Part shown: in pieces, positions 20,185-29,640 of the stretch | Layout of the letters: the number at the start of each line of letters is the position of its first letter | Numbering within the stretch: the stretch's first letter is position 1 | Assembly: GCA_963734495.1 (NCBI GenBank) | Contig: CAVTHK010000009.1 | Location: 64,001 to 128,000, forward strand | Direction: 5' to 3' | Length of the DNA stretch: 64,000 bases | DNA from: an uncultured Spirochaetota bacterium | Lineage (GTDB): Bacteria; Spirochaetota; Spirochaetia; SZUA-6; CAVTHK01 | Made by a program: the position numbers and the translations under genes | Notes under the pieces: model-generated | The model's input: only the letters and a program-made list of their open reading frames with translations | Database searches by the model: none | What the model was told of the DNA's origin: nothing

Positions 20185-21264
20185 TCAGAAAGCCTCGGTG
20201 ACCTGCAGGTAGAAGCCGTTTCCGTCGAGCGACTGCCCGAAATCGATGCGGAGGTTCACGTGCTGCGTCGTCTCGACGAGGAAACGCAGCCCCGCGCCGC
20301 CTGCGACCTTGAGGGAATCCAGGCTCAGGTCGGCCGGGGTCTCCGCCACCTGGCCGACGCCCGCGAAGACCACGCCGCCGAAGCGCCACACGATCGGGAA
20401 GCGGTATTCGGTCTGCAGCGCAACCATCGTCTTGTCGCGGAAGCGGCCGTCGTAGTAACCGCGCAGGAGGCTTTCGCCGCCGAGGCGGGGCAGCTCCCGC
20501 AACGGCACGTCGCCTCCCGTGAGCTCCGCCACCGCCTGCAGCGCGATCACGTGATCGCGCAACAGCCGGTGGTACGAGCGCGCGTCGAGCCTGAGGCTCA
20601 CCCAGTCCCCGGTCGAGCCCAGCGGCCGCGGATACCCGGCGGCCTCGACTTCGACCAGCCGTCCTGCCCGCGGATAGATGGCGGAATCGCGGCTGTCCCA
20701 GATGGCCAGGAGACCGCCGCCCGAGCTGGCGAAATCGCCGCTCCCCGGGACGCCGCCGCCCGCGAGCGCTCCGCCCTGCGTTGTGTCCGCGAGCGAGGAG
20801 AATGCAAAGCGGTAGACCGGGCCGACATACAGCGACGGCGCGACCCGCCAGCCCGCCGAGACGGTGATCCTCGCCTCGTTCGGCGTGTAGTCCTCCTCGA
20901 GGCCGGAATCGGGCCCGATGCCGTAGTAGATGTCCGGGAAGCGGGCGAACGACAGCTCCGTCGCGAGCCGCAGGTTGTCGCCGGCGAAATAGTCTTCGGA
21001 GCCGAGGAACAGGGACACCTGGCTCTTCAGGGTGTAGACCGTGCCGGCCCGGTAGACATGCGGCTTCAGCCCGTCGTCTTCGGGCGTCCATGTCCCCAGG
21101 GCGAAGGCCGCGAAACCGACGGAGGTCTCCGGCGTGTAGAACACGCCCGGAAACGGGATGACGCTCCAGGTGCCCTGGGCGCGCAGGTGCGCGGGAAGCA
21201 CGGCGGCCATCAGCGCCGCCGCGGCGATGCGCGCGATGCGTCTCATGATCAAGCTCTTCGTCAT
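20185..21264 (-). CDS. Omp85/BamA-TamA family outer-membrane beta-barrel protein (no POTRA domains)
   Basis: FYTPET, DSRD...P..G, LGG...LRGY, GAGLRF, C-terminal EAF. Confidence 0.85.
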   Translation of the reverse strand: MTKSLIMRRIARIAAAALMAAVLPAHLRAQGTWSVIPFPGVFYTPETSVGFAAFALGTWTPEDDGLKPHVYRAGTVYTLKSQVSLFLGSEDYFAGDNLRLATELSFARFPDIYYGIGPDSGLEEDYTPNEARITVSAGWRVAPSLYVGPVYRFAFSSLADTTQGGALAGGGVPGSGDFASSGGGLLAIWDSRDSAIYPRAGRLVEVEAAGYPRPLGSTGDWVSLRLDARSYHRLLRDHVIALQAVAELTGGDVPLRELPRLGGESLLRGYYDGRFRDKTMVALQTEYRFPIVWRFGGVVFAGVGQVAETPADLSLDSLKVAGGAGLRFLVETTQHVNLRIDFGQSLDGNGFYLQVTEAF

Positions 21265-21357
21265 AGCTCTGTAACACTGCAGGGAGCGTCAAGCGTCCCT
21301 GGCCGTAGAGCCGCAGCTCCTCGCGGGTCCTGGCCTCGGCGCGCGCTGACGCGGGTC

Positions 21358-22164
21358 CTACGCCTCCGCCAGGCGCTCGAGGCGGCTGTCGATCTCCGCG
21401 AGCCGCTGCCTCAGGTGCGTGATGGTGCGCTCGATGCGCCTCTTTTCGGCGCGCAGCTCCCCCGCCGGGTCGCGCGGCGGCTCGCCGGGCGGCCGCGGGT
21501 CGGCGGCGTACCTGTCGCGCACCATGTCCGGGCTGTCGCGCTCGAGCAGGCCCTTCTCGGCCGCGGCCCGGGCGGCCGCCTCGGGGATGCGCGCGAGCAC
21601 CTTCATGTTCTCGAAGCCGACGCGCGGGTCCAGGTCCAGCCGCGCGACCCGCTCCGCCGCCCCGGCAAGCCCGCGAGGCAGCCGCAGCGCGCGGTCGAGG
21701 TAGTCGCCGAAGTCGGCGTCGTGCTTCGCGCACAGCTCGCGGGCCTGGGCGAGCAGCTCGCCGAGCTCCTTCATGAGGGTGCCGTTCTCCGCGGTGAGCG
21801 CGCGGATCCTCGCCGTGATCCTGCGCAGCTCGGCGACGCTCTCGAAGGGGCTCTGGTACAGGCCCATCCCCTCCGCCTTGTAGAGAAGGTTGTGGAAGAT
21901 CGCCCAGAAGCGGCTGGAGTGGACGCGGCCCGAGATCGGAACGGCCGACTCGCAGTACTGCAGGTGATGGGCGTACTCGTGGATGGCTGTGTGCAGGAGG
22001 TCGTGCTCGGTCTTGTGATTGCGGTTGTGGATGATCAGCTCGCGGCTCTCGGGCCGGTAGAGGCCGTCCACCTTGCGGCTCTTCTTGCCGGTAAAGACGA
22101 CCGTGAACTCCTCCGGCGGGTCCGCGAGCTTGAGCAGGAGGGCCTTGATCTGGTCCTGGTTCAT
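21358..22164 (-). CDS. Hypothetical protein with SprT-like HExxH motif and C-terminal coiled coil
   Basis: TAIHEYAHH...H. GGAGGTGA RBS. Confidence 0.75.
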   Translation of the reverse strand: MNQDQIKALLLKLADPPEEFTVVFTGKKSRKVDGLYRPESRELIIHNRNHKTEHDLLHTAIHEYAHHLQYCESAVPISGRVHSSRFWAIFHNLLYKAEGMGLYQSPFESVAELRRITARIRALTAENGTLMKELGELLAQARELCAKHDADFGDYLDRALRLPRGLAGAAERVARLDLDPRVGFENMKVLARIPEAAARAAAEKGLLERDSPDMVRDRYAADPRPPGEPPRDPAGELRAEKRRIERTITHLRQRLAEIDSRLERLAEA

Positions 22165-22187
22165 GTCACCTCCGCGGAGCGCGAGAC

Positions 22188-22214
22188 AAAAAGGCCCGGC
22201 GTCTCCGCCGGGCC
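22188..22214 (-). terminator. Intrinsic terminator downstream of hflC
   Basis: GGCCCGGCG-GAGA-CGCCGGGCC followed by TTTTT on the minus strand. Confidence 0.8.
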
Positions 22215-22292
22215 CTCGTCACGCGGTGCTTTGACCCCGGCGTACCCGCCGGGCGTCCCGGCCGCGGCCCTCCGCCGCGGCCGCCCCGCGCC

Positions 22293-23294
22293 CTACGGCT
22301 GGCTGCGGTACAGGTAGTCGAAATACTGCGACTGGGTCGACAGGGTCTTGTTGAACTTGGGCAGCAGGAGCTTGTACGACTCGAGGGAGCGCCACAGCCG
22401 GAAGAAGTCCGGGTCCTGCTGGTAGGCCTCCGCGTAGATGCGCGTCGCCTCTCCGTCGGCCTGCCCCTTGATCTGCTCCGCCTCCTGCTCGGCTTTGGAG
22501 ATCGCCGTCTTCACGTCCTGGTCCTGGCGGCCGAGGATGTTGTCCTTTTCGCCGCGGCCCTCGGAGCGCGTGCGGTTCGCCTGGCGCGTGCGCTCCTGGA
22601 TCATCCGCTGGTACACGCTCTCGGTGAGGTCGTTGGAGTACTTGATCTGGCGGATCAGCACGTCGATGAGCTCGACGCCGAACTGGTTGACCTTCTGGCC
22701 GTCCTTTTCGATGGTCATGTTCTGCTTGGCGAGCGCCACCATCTCGCGGCCCAGCGCCTCGCGCCCGGTGCCTTCGGTCAGGCGGTAGGACTCGAGGTTG
22801 ATCACCTGGCCGCCGCTGCTCCCGACCACCTCGCTCGCGAGCTGTTGCTTGATCGTGTCGTAGATCTCGTTGGAGTTGCGGATCGCGTCGATGAGGTAGT
22901 TGCGGCTGACCACCGACCGCACCGACGAATCGATGAGGTCGTCGAGCCTGGAGTGCATCGCCTGGATCGTCCCGACCGACTCGTAGAAGAGCTTGGGATC
23001 CACGATGCGCCAGCGCGCGGTGGTGTCGACCCAGATGAACTGGTTCTCTGGCTGCTTGGTCGGGATGATCTGCGCCGCGCCGTCCCAGGACACGATCTTT
23101 TTCGGATAAATGGTCACCTGGTCGACGAACGGCGTCTTGACCTTGAGCCCGGCCTCGGGCTGCACGCCCACGATCTGGCCGAACCGGATCACCACGGCCT
23201 GGTAGCCCTCTTCGATGGTGTAGAAGGGGCCGACGATGAGCAGGATGACGAAGATCGCGACGATGACGATGACTACGGTGAGGGTCTTCTTCAT
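22293..23294 (-). CDS. hflC: FtsH protease modulator HflC
   Basis: SPFH domain, VYQRMIQER, RIYAEAY..DPDFF...RSLESY. Coupled to hflK. Confidence 0.93.
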   Translation of the reverse strand: MKKTLTVVIVIVAIFVILLIVGPFYTIEEGYQAVVIRFGQIVGVQPEAGLKVKTPFVDQVTIYPKKIVSWDGAAQIIPTKQPENQFIWVDTTARWRIVDPKLFYESVGTIQAMHSRLDDLIDSSVRSVVSRNYLIDAIRNSNEIYDTIKQQLASEVVGSSGGQVINLESYRLTEGTGREALGREMVALAKQNMTIEKDGQKVNQFGVELIDVLIRQIKYSNDLTESVYQRMIQERTRQANRTRSEGRGEKDNILGRQDQDVKTAISKAEQEAEQIKGQADGEATRIYAEAYQQDPDFFRLWRSLESYKLLLPKFNKTLSTQSQYFDYLYRSQP

Positions 23295-24352
23295 CGCGTG
23301 CCTCCCGCCGACGGGGCCGCCGGAGCCGGCGGGGTCGGAGCCGGCGCGGCCGGGGCCGCCGCGGGCGGCCTGGGGGCCGCCTGCTCGTTGAGCTGCTTGA
23401 TCGGGAGGAAGTTCTGCAGGTTGCGGTCGATCAGGTCGGTGCTCCCGCTGTCGGCGCTGCCGAAGACGTCCTCGTACATCTCGATGTACAGCCGCGTCCG
23501 CGTGACGTCGCGGCTGCCGCGGTACTCGCGGAGCACCGAGCGGAAGCGGGCCACGTCGCCGTTCGCCTTGTTGACGCGCGCGACGGCGTAGCCCTTGGCC
23601 TCCTGCACGAGGCGTTTGGCCTTGCCCTCGGCCTCAGGGATCGCCTGGTTGTAGGAGGCGTTTCCTTCGTTGATGAAGCGCTCCTTGTCCTGCTCGGCCT
23701 TGTTCACGTCCTCGAAGGCGTTGCGCACGGCTCCGGAGGGCGGGAGGATGTCCTGCATGGCCACGGTCGTCACGTTGATGCCGAGGCCGAACTCCTTGAA
23801 GCGCCTGTTCATGATCTCCTGCGCCTTGCTCTGGATCGCCGGGCGGTCCGTGCCCATGACGCCGAGGATCGTGCGGTCTCCGACGAGGAGGTTCATGACC
23901 GAGCGCGAGATGTCGCTGATCGTCTTTTCCTGGTTCTCCACGTGGAAGAGCCAGGCCACCGGGTCCGTGATCCGGTACTGGATGATCCACTCGACGTCGA
24001 CGATGTTCTTGTCGCCGGTGAGCATCACCGACTCGGCCGAGAAGTCCTCGCTGGAGTACACGGTGTTGACTCCCGGGGCCACGCTGCGGAATCCGAACTC
24101 GCGCTTGAACACCAGCTGCGTGGCCACGTTGTAGTTCTTGTCGACGCCGAACGGCAGCTTGAAGTGCAGGCCCGGGCCGTTGATGCTGTGGACCCGGCCG
24201 AAGCGCAGGACCACGGCCTCTTCCCTCTGGTCGACCACGTAGAAGCTCGTCGAAAAGAGGATCACGACCGCGATCACGACGATCACGATCATCACGAGCT
24301 GAGGGTTCATGCGGCCGGGGAACCTCAGCGGTGTCACGTTGCGTTCCGACAT
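23291..24352 (-). CDS. hflK: FtsH protease modulator HflK
   Basis: MLTGDKNIVDVEWIIQYRI, AFEDVNKA, IPEAEG, TRTRLYIE. Confidence 0.93.
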   Translation of the reverse strand: MSERNVTPLRFPGRMNPQLVMIVIVVIAVVILFSTSFYVVDQREEAVVLRFGRVHSINGPGLHFKLPFGVDKNYNVATQLVFKREFGFRSVAPGVNTVYSSEDFSAESVMLTGDKNIVDVEWIIQYRITDPVAWLFHVENQEKTISDISRSVMNLLVGDRTILGVMGTDRPAIQSKAQEIMNRRFKEFGLGINVTTVAMQDILPPSGAVRNAFEDVNKAEQDKERFINEGNASYNQAIPEAEGKAKRLVQEAKGYAVARVNKANGDVARFRSVLREYRGSRDVTRTRLYIEMYEDVFGSADSGSTDLIDRNLQNFLPIKQLNEQAAPRPPAAAPAAPAPTPPAPAAPSAGGTR

Positions 24353-24473
24353 ATCCCCTCCTTGGTGGGGTATCGCCGCGACAGACGGCAGATCCCTTCT
24401 GTGCGGCGTCCCCCATCATAGCCGCTGTGTCTAGCGAGCGTCAAGGAACCGCAGGGCCAGTGCGAGAGTATAC

Positions 24474-24524
24474 CTTCATTTTATGAAGTCTAGTATTGAC
24501 TTTGTGAAGGGATGGCTGTACCTT
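24474..24524 (+). promoter_or_regulatory. Sigma70 promoter with adjacent palindromic operator
   Basis: TTGACT (24496)-17bp-TACCTT (24519). CTTCAT-TTT-ATGAAG palindrome at 24474-24488. Confidence 0.55.
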
Positions 24525-24541
24525 CCTTCGCGAGGTAAGTG

Positions 24542-24904
24542 ATGGCCAACCAGCCCCTTGGCGCGTGTCCGGTCTGCGGCGCCCCGATGCGAATCGCGGA
24601 GTACGCGTGCACCGGCTGCGGCATCACGGTCCGGGGCGATTTCGAGCAGTGCGAGCTCTGCAGCCTTCCCGCGGATCTCCTGCACTTCGTGCGGGTCTTT
24701 CTCCGCAGTGAAGGCAGCCTCAAGCAGGTCGAGCGCGAGCTCGGGATCTCTTACCCGACTGTCAAGGCGCGCCTCGCTCGCGTGAACCAGATCCTCGCGG
24801 TGCCGGCGTTCTCGGACATGGCGGAGACGCAGAAACGGGTGAGCCTGCTCAAGGAGTTCAGCGAGGGACGGTTGTCCAAGGAGCAGCTGCTCGAGAACCT
24901 GTAG
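24542..24904 (+). CDS. DUF2089 family Zn-ribbon/HTH protein
   Basis: CPVCG..C..CG, GSLKQVERELGISYPTVKARL. Confidence 0.9.
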   Translation: MANQPLGACPVCGAPMRIAEYACTGCGITVRGDFEQCELCSLPADLLHFVRVFLRSEGSLKQVERELGISYPTVKARLARVNQILAVPAFSDMAETQKRVSLLKEFSEGRLSKEQLLENL

Positions 24905-25008
24905 GCCCCGAGGGGGCGGGCCCCTCGAGGGGGACGGGCCCCTCGAAGACTCGGGACTTGGGACCTGGCGAGCCCCTCGAGGACTCGGGGTCTACGAGAC
25001 GCCAGGTC
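24905..25008. repeat. Short imperfect intergenic tandem/palindromic repeats
   Basis: GCCCCTCGA core three times, plus inverted repeat GACCTGGCG...CGCCAGGTC immediately before the RBS. Confidence 0.5.
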
Positions 25009-25021
25009 ATGGGAGGAACAC

Positions 25022-26128
25022 ATGGCCACAATGATGAAGAAGGACGTCGCCCTGTCGCAGGGCCAGCCCGTCACGGTGAGGGGCGGCAACTTCGCCGTCG
25101 AAGTGCTCGCGGGGGAGGTCGAGAGCGCTTCGCTCGAGTACCCCGGCTCCGAGGGCGCATCCGCGCCGGACGCGGTCGAGGTGCAGAGCGAAGGCGACCG
25201 CGTCGTGATCACGGCGCTCCCCGACGCGGGCCCCGGCGAGCGCGTGCTGCGGCTGCGGCTTCCGGCCGGCGACCGGGACCTGGTCGTGGAGACCGGCAAC
25301 GGCCGGATCCTGCTCGAGGGTGTCTCCGGCACGATCAGGGCGAATGCGACGAACGGCCGCGTCGAGCTCCGTCGGGTCGCCGGCGAGACGACCGTCGTCT
25401 GCGCCAACGGCTCGGTCGATGCGACCGGCGCCGGCGGATCGCTCGATCTCTCCACCGCCAACGGGCGGATCGTCGTCGCCGGCGCGAAGCTCAAGTCGGG
25501 CTCGTTCAAGAGCGGCAACGGCCGGATCGGGGTCCAGCTCACGCCCGACGGTCCCGGCAGCATCGGCATCTTCGCGGGCAATGGGCGCGTGGAGCTCGCG
25601 CTGCCCGCCGATGCGGGCTTCCGCATCAAGGTCAAGACCCGCGGCCGCCTCCACAACAACCTCGAGAGCTATTCCGTCTCGTCGGATCCCGAGGCGACGG
25701 TCGTGGAAAAGGGCAACGGCGAGCTCGCGGTGCTCATCCAGGCATTCAAGGGGGTTCGGCTCGTGAAGTACGAGGATTTCGGCAAGGACCGGGAAGACAG
25801 CCCCATCCCCGGGTTCCCCGGGTTCGACACGGAGGACATGCAGGACCTGTTCAACCGGCTCGGTGCCTGCTTCGGCTTCGGCGGCGGCGGAGCGCGGCGC
25901 TTCGAGTTCTCCGAGGAGATCCCGCGGATGGCGCACAGGATGCGGGAGATGGGCGCGCGCTTCGGACGCATGGGCGAGGAGTTCTCGCGCCGCTTCAGCG
26001 AGACGCAGCAGCAGGGCGGCGGCGCCTCGCGCGACCGCGGCGTCGACATGATCCTCGACCTGCTCAAAGAAGGAAAAGTGTCGGCCGAAGAGGCCGAGCG
26101 GCTGATCAACGCCCTTCGGAGCAAGTAG
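25022..26128 (+). CDS. DUF4097 beta-strand repeat protein with C-terminal SHOCT-like (YvlB/LiaX) domain
   Basis: Repeated xTxNGxI units; ILDLLKEGKVSAEEAERLINAL. Confidence 0.82.
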   Translation: MATMMKKDVALSQGQPVTVRGGNFAVEVLAGEVESASLEYPGSEGASAPDAVEVQSEGDRVVITALPDAGPGERVLRLRLPAGDRDLVVETGNGRILLEGVSGTIRANATNGRVELRRVAGETTVVCANGSVDATGAGGSLDLSTANGRIVVAGAKLKSGSFKSGNGRIGVQLTPDGPGSIGIFAGNGRVELALPADAGFRIKVKTRGRLHNNLESYSVSSDPEATVVEKGNGELAVLIQAFKGVRLVKYEDFGKDREDSPIPGFPGFDTEDMQDLFNRLGACFGFGGGGARRFEFSEEIPRMAHRMREMGARFGRMGEEFSRRFSETQQQGGGASRDRGVDMILDLLKEGKVSAEEAERLINALRSK

Positions 26129-26224
26129 CCCCCTCGCGGGGGCGACGGGGCGCCGGGACAACCGGCGTCCCGGCCGGGCGTCCCTCGGCTTGATGCGGGA
26201 CGGCGCTTCGCATATCGTGCCCGC

Positions 26225-27400
26225 ATGGTGAACGAAGCGCTGTTCCGCCAGGCGGCCGAGAAGTTCCGCCTGCACTACGGAGTCGCGCCCTCGGCGGCCG
26301 CCTATGCGCCGGGCCGCGTCGAGATCCTCGGCAACCACACCGACTACAACGAAGGCTTCGTCCTCTCGGCCGCGATCGACACCGGCCACTTCTTTCTCGC
26401 CGCGCCCGCGCCGGGCCCGGATTGCCGCCTGGTCGCGGGCGACCTGATGAGGGAGGCAGGCTTCCGGCTCGAGGACCCGCGCCCTGTGGCTGGCGCCAAG
26501 TGGGCGAGCTACGTCATGGGGGTCGCCGTCCAGCTCGCGGAGCGCGACCCCGGCCGCGCGCGGCCGTTTCTCGGCCTCTTTCTCGGCAACGTCCCCCTCG
26601 GCTCCGGCCTCTCGAGCTCGGCGGCGCTCGAGGTGAGCGCGGGGCTCGCGCTCGCCGCGCTCTTCGGCATCGAGGTGCCTGCCCTCGACCTCGCACGCAT
26701 CGGGCAGGCGGCGGAGCACAAGTACGTCGGCGTGCGCACGGGGCTTCTCGACCAGATCTCGAGCCTCCACGGGAAGAAGGGAGCCCTCGTGATGAGCGAC
26801 TTCCGCACCCTCGAGGTCAAGAACGTCCCGCTCGGCGGCGATGCCTGCTTCCTCGTCTGCAACACCCACGCGAAGCACAGCCTGGTCGACTCGGCCTACA
26901 ACGAGAGGCGCGAGGCGTGCGAGCGCGCGACCCGGTTCTTCGCCGGGCGCCTCGAGCACCCGGTGCGGGCGCTGCGCGACGTCTCGCCCGCCGAGCTCGC
27001 GCGCTGGCGCGGCGGCCTCGACGACGTGACGGCGCGCCGCGCCTCCCACGTCATCGGAGAGAACGACCGCGTGCTGCGCGGCGCGGCCCTGCTCGCCGAG
27101 GGCAGGCTCGCGGACTTCGGCCGGCTCATGTACGAGTCGCACAGGAGCTCGCGCTTCGACTTCGAGAACTCGGCCGACGAGCTCGACGCGCTCGTCGACG
27201 CGGCCGCCTCGCTGCCCGAGGTGCTGGGCGCGCGGCTTTCGGGCGGCGGGTTCGGCGGCAGCGCGGTGATGCTGCTCGCGCCTTCGGCGGTCGAGCGCGT
27301 GCGCGGCGAGCTCGTCGCCGCCTACACCCGCCGCTTCGGCAAGCCGTGCGACGCGCTCGTGATCGAGCCGTCGGACGGCGCGCGCCGCATCCCGGTGTGA
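26225..27400 (+). CDS. galK: Galactokinase
   Basis: APGRVEILGNHTDYN, GSGLSSSAA, GARLSGGGFGG. Confidence 0.93.
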   Translation: MVNEALFRQAAEKFRLHYGVAPSAAAYAPGRVEILGNHTDYNEGFVLSAAIDTGHFFLAAPAPGPDCRLVAGDLMREAGFRLEDPRPVAGAKWASYVMGVAVQLAERDPGRARPFLGLFLGNVPLGSGLSSSAALEVSAGLALAALFGIEVPALDLARIGQAAEHKYVGVRTGLLDQISSLHGKKGALVMSDFRTLEVKNVPLGGDACFLVCNTHAKHSLVDSAYNERREACERATRFFAGRLEHPVRALRDVSPAELARWRGGLDDVTARRASHVIGENDRVLRGAALLAEGRLADFGRLMYESHRSSRFDFENSADELDALVDAAASLPEVLGARLSGGGFGGSAVMLLAPSAVERVRGELVAAYTRRFGKPCDALVIEPSDGARRIPV

Positions 27401-27489
27401 CGCCGCAGGCGCCGCGGCCGCGGGCGCCGCGCCCCTGCGCCCCGGCCTCGCTTGACCGTGTTTCGAGCCGCTCATTATAGTGGCGGGAC

Positions 27490-29634
27490 ATGAAACGCCG
27501 GCTCATCACGTCGGCCCTGCCGTACGTCAACAACATCCCGCACCTCGGCAACCTCATCCAGGTGCTGTCGGCCGACGTGTTCGCCCGCTACTGCCGGCTG
27601 CGGGGCTACCCGACGCTCTACATCTGCGGCACCGACGAGTACGGCACGGCGACCGAAACGCGCGCCCTCGAAGAGGGCATCAGCCCGCGGGAGCTCTGCG
27701 ACCGCTATTTCGCCATCCACGACGAGATCTACCGCTGGTTCAACATCGCCTTCGACAAGTTCGGCCGCACGTCGACGCCCGAGCACACCGAGATCACTCA
27801 AGGGATCTTCGAGCGCCTGGACGCCAACGGGTACATCAGCGAGAACACGATCAAGCAGCTCTACTCCCCCAAGGACGGCATGTTCCTCGCGGACCGCTAC
27901 GTGCGCGGCACCTGCCCTCACTGCGGCTACGCCGAGGCGCGGGGCGACCAGTGCGAGAACTGCGGCAAGCTCCTCGACCCGATGGAGCTGATCAACCCGC
28001 GCAGCGCCCTCTCGGGCGACACGCCCGTCGTGCGCGAGACGAAGCACCTGTACATCAACCTGCCGGCGATCCTGCCGAAGCTGCAGGGCTGGATGAAGCA
28101 GGCGAGCGAGCGCGGCTACTGGGCCAACAACGCGATCCGCATGACCGAGGCGTGGATCCGCGACGGCCTCAAGGAGCGCGCGATCACGCGCGACCTCAAG
28201 TGGGGCATCCCGGTGCCCAAGGACGGCTTCCGCGACAAGGTCTTCTACGTCTGGTTCGACGCGCCGATCGGCTACATCTCGATCACCGCGACCCACACCA
28301 AGGACTGGCAATCCTGGTGGCGCAGCCCGGAGGATGTGGACCTCTACCAGTTCATCGGCAAGGACAATATCCCCTTCCACACCGTGATCTTTCCCTCGTC
28401 CCAGCTCGGCACGGGCGAGAAATGGACGATGCTGCACCACATGTCCTCGACGGAGTACCTGAACTACGAGAGCGGCAAGTTCTCCAAGAGCCGCGGCGTG
28501 GGCGTGTTCGGGACCGACGCGCGCGGGACCGGCATTCCCGCCGACGTCTGGCGCTTCTACATCTATTACAACCGGCCGGAGACCTCCGACACGACCTTCA
28601 CGTGGAAGGATTTCCAGGAAAAGACCAACAGCGAGCTGATCGGGAACCTCGCGAACCTCGTCAACCGGACGCTCACGTTCGTGGCGCGCAACTACGGCGG
28701 CGAGCTGCCCGAGGGACCGAGCGACGAGCGCTTCTGGGCGGACGTGCGCTCGCGCGAGGCCGGCATCGGCGAGGCGCTCGAGCGGGTCGAGCTGCGCGGC
28801 GCGTTCCAGCAGATCTTCGCGCTCGCCTCGGTCGGGAACAAGCGCTTCCAGGACGGCGAGCCGTGGAAGGCGATCAAGGAGAACCCGCCCGCGGCCGCCG
28901 GCCTCCTGCGCGACCTGGTCCACCTCATCCGCGACCTCGCGGTGCTCACGCACCCGTACATCCCGGAGACCTCGGCGAAGATCGCCTCGTTCCTCGGGCT
29001 CGAGCGGGTCGCGTGGGCCGATCTCGGCCGCCTCGACGGCGTGAGCCGGGTGAGCACGCCGGCGCTCCTCTTCCGCAAGCTCGAGGACGACGAGATTGAA
29101 GGCTTTCGCCGGCGTTTCGCCGGCACTCAGCAGGAGCGCGCGGACGCCGCGAGGCAGTTCGCCGGCCGCGTCGACCTGCGCGTCGCCCGCATCGAGGCGA
29201 TCGAGCGCCACCCCAAGGCGGACAAGCTCTACGTCGAGACGGTGAGCCTCGGTCCCGAGCTCGGGACGCGGCAGATCGTGTCGGGCCTGGTGCCCTGGTA
29301 CAAGCCCGAAGAGCTGCTCGGCCGGAACATCATCCTCGTCGCGAACCTCGCCCCCGCGAAGCTGCGGGGCGTCGAGAGCAACGGGATGCTCCTCGCGGCG
29401 CAGACCGAAGGCGTCGTCGAAGTCATGTTCGCGCCGGACGCGCAGCCGGGCGACCGCGTCATGGTCGACGGCGTCGAAGCCGGCGAAGCGCCGCCCGCCG
29501 TCATCACGATCGAGGAGTTTTTCCAGGTGCCCATCCGGGTCAACGACTACCTGCTTTCAGCGGGCGGGAAGCGTCTCCTCGCAGGGGGACGGCCCCTCGC
29601 CGCGAAGCGGGTCGAGAGCGGCGAAGTGCGGTAG
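27490..29634 (+). CDS. metG: Methionine--tRNA ligase with C-terminal tRNA-binding domain
   Basis: SALPYVNNIPHLGN (HIGH), Zn knuckle, YVWFDAPIGY, KFSKS, C-terminal EMAP/Trbp domain. Confidence 0.97.
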   Translation: MKRRLITSALPYVNNIPHLGNLIQVLSADVFARYCRLRGYPTLYICGTDEYGTATETRALEEGISPRELCDRYFAIHDEIYRWFNIAFDKFGRTSTPEHTEITQGIFERLDANGYISENTIKQLYSPKDGMFLADRYVRGTCPHCGYAEARGDQCENCGKLLDPMELINPRSALSGDTPVVRETKHLYINLPAILPKLQGWMKQASERGYWANNAIRMTEAWIRDGLKERAITRDLKWGIPVPKDGFRDKVFYVWFDAPIGYISITATHTKDWQSWWRSPEDVDLYQFIGKDNIPFHTVIFPSSQLGTGEKWTMLHHMSSTEYLNYESGKFSKSRGVGVFGTDARGTGIPADVWRFYIYYNRPETSDTTFTWKDFQEKTNSELIGNLANLVNRTLTFVARNYGGELPEGPSDERFWADVRSREAGIGEALERVELRGAFQQIFALASVGNKRFQDGEPWKAIKENPPAAAGLLRDLVHLIRDLAVLTHPYIPETSAKIASFLGLERVAWADLGRLDGVSRVSTPALLFRKLEDDEIEGFRRRFAGTQQERADAARQFAGRVDLRVARIEAIERHPKADKLYVETVSLGPELGTRQIVSGLVPWYKPEELLGRNIILVANLAPAKLRGVESNGMLLAAQTEGVVEVMFAPDAQPGDRVMVDGVEAGEAPPAVITIEEFFQVPIRVNDYLLSAGGKRLLAGGRPLAAKRVESGEVR

Positions 29635-29640
29635 GCAGGC

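Noticed and set aside
19306-22317. 1003-aa ORF and other long Arg/Ala/Pro-rich ORFs (e.g. 25007-27475 minus, 61274-63832 minus)
   Set aside because: Shadow or antisense frames of real genes in high-GC DNA; no protein motifs beyond the parts shared with frameshifted real genes.
24905-24990. Possible mini CRISPR array
   Set aside because: Repeat cores are only ~9-11 nt with irregular, very short spacing, and no cas genes are present.
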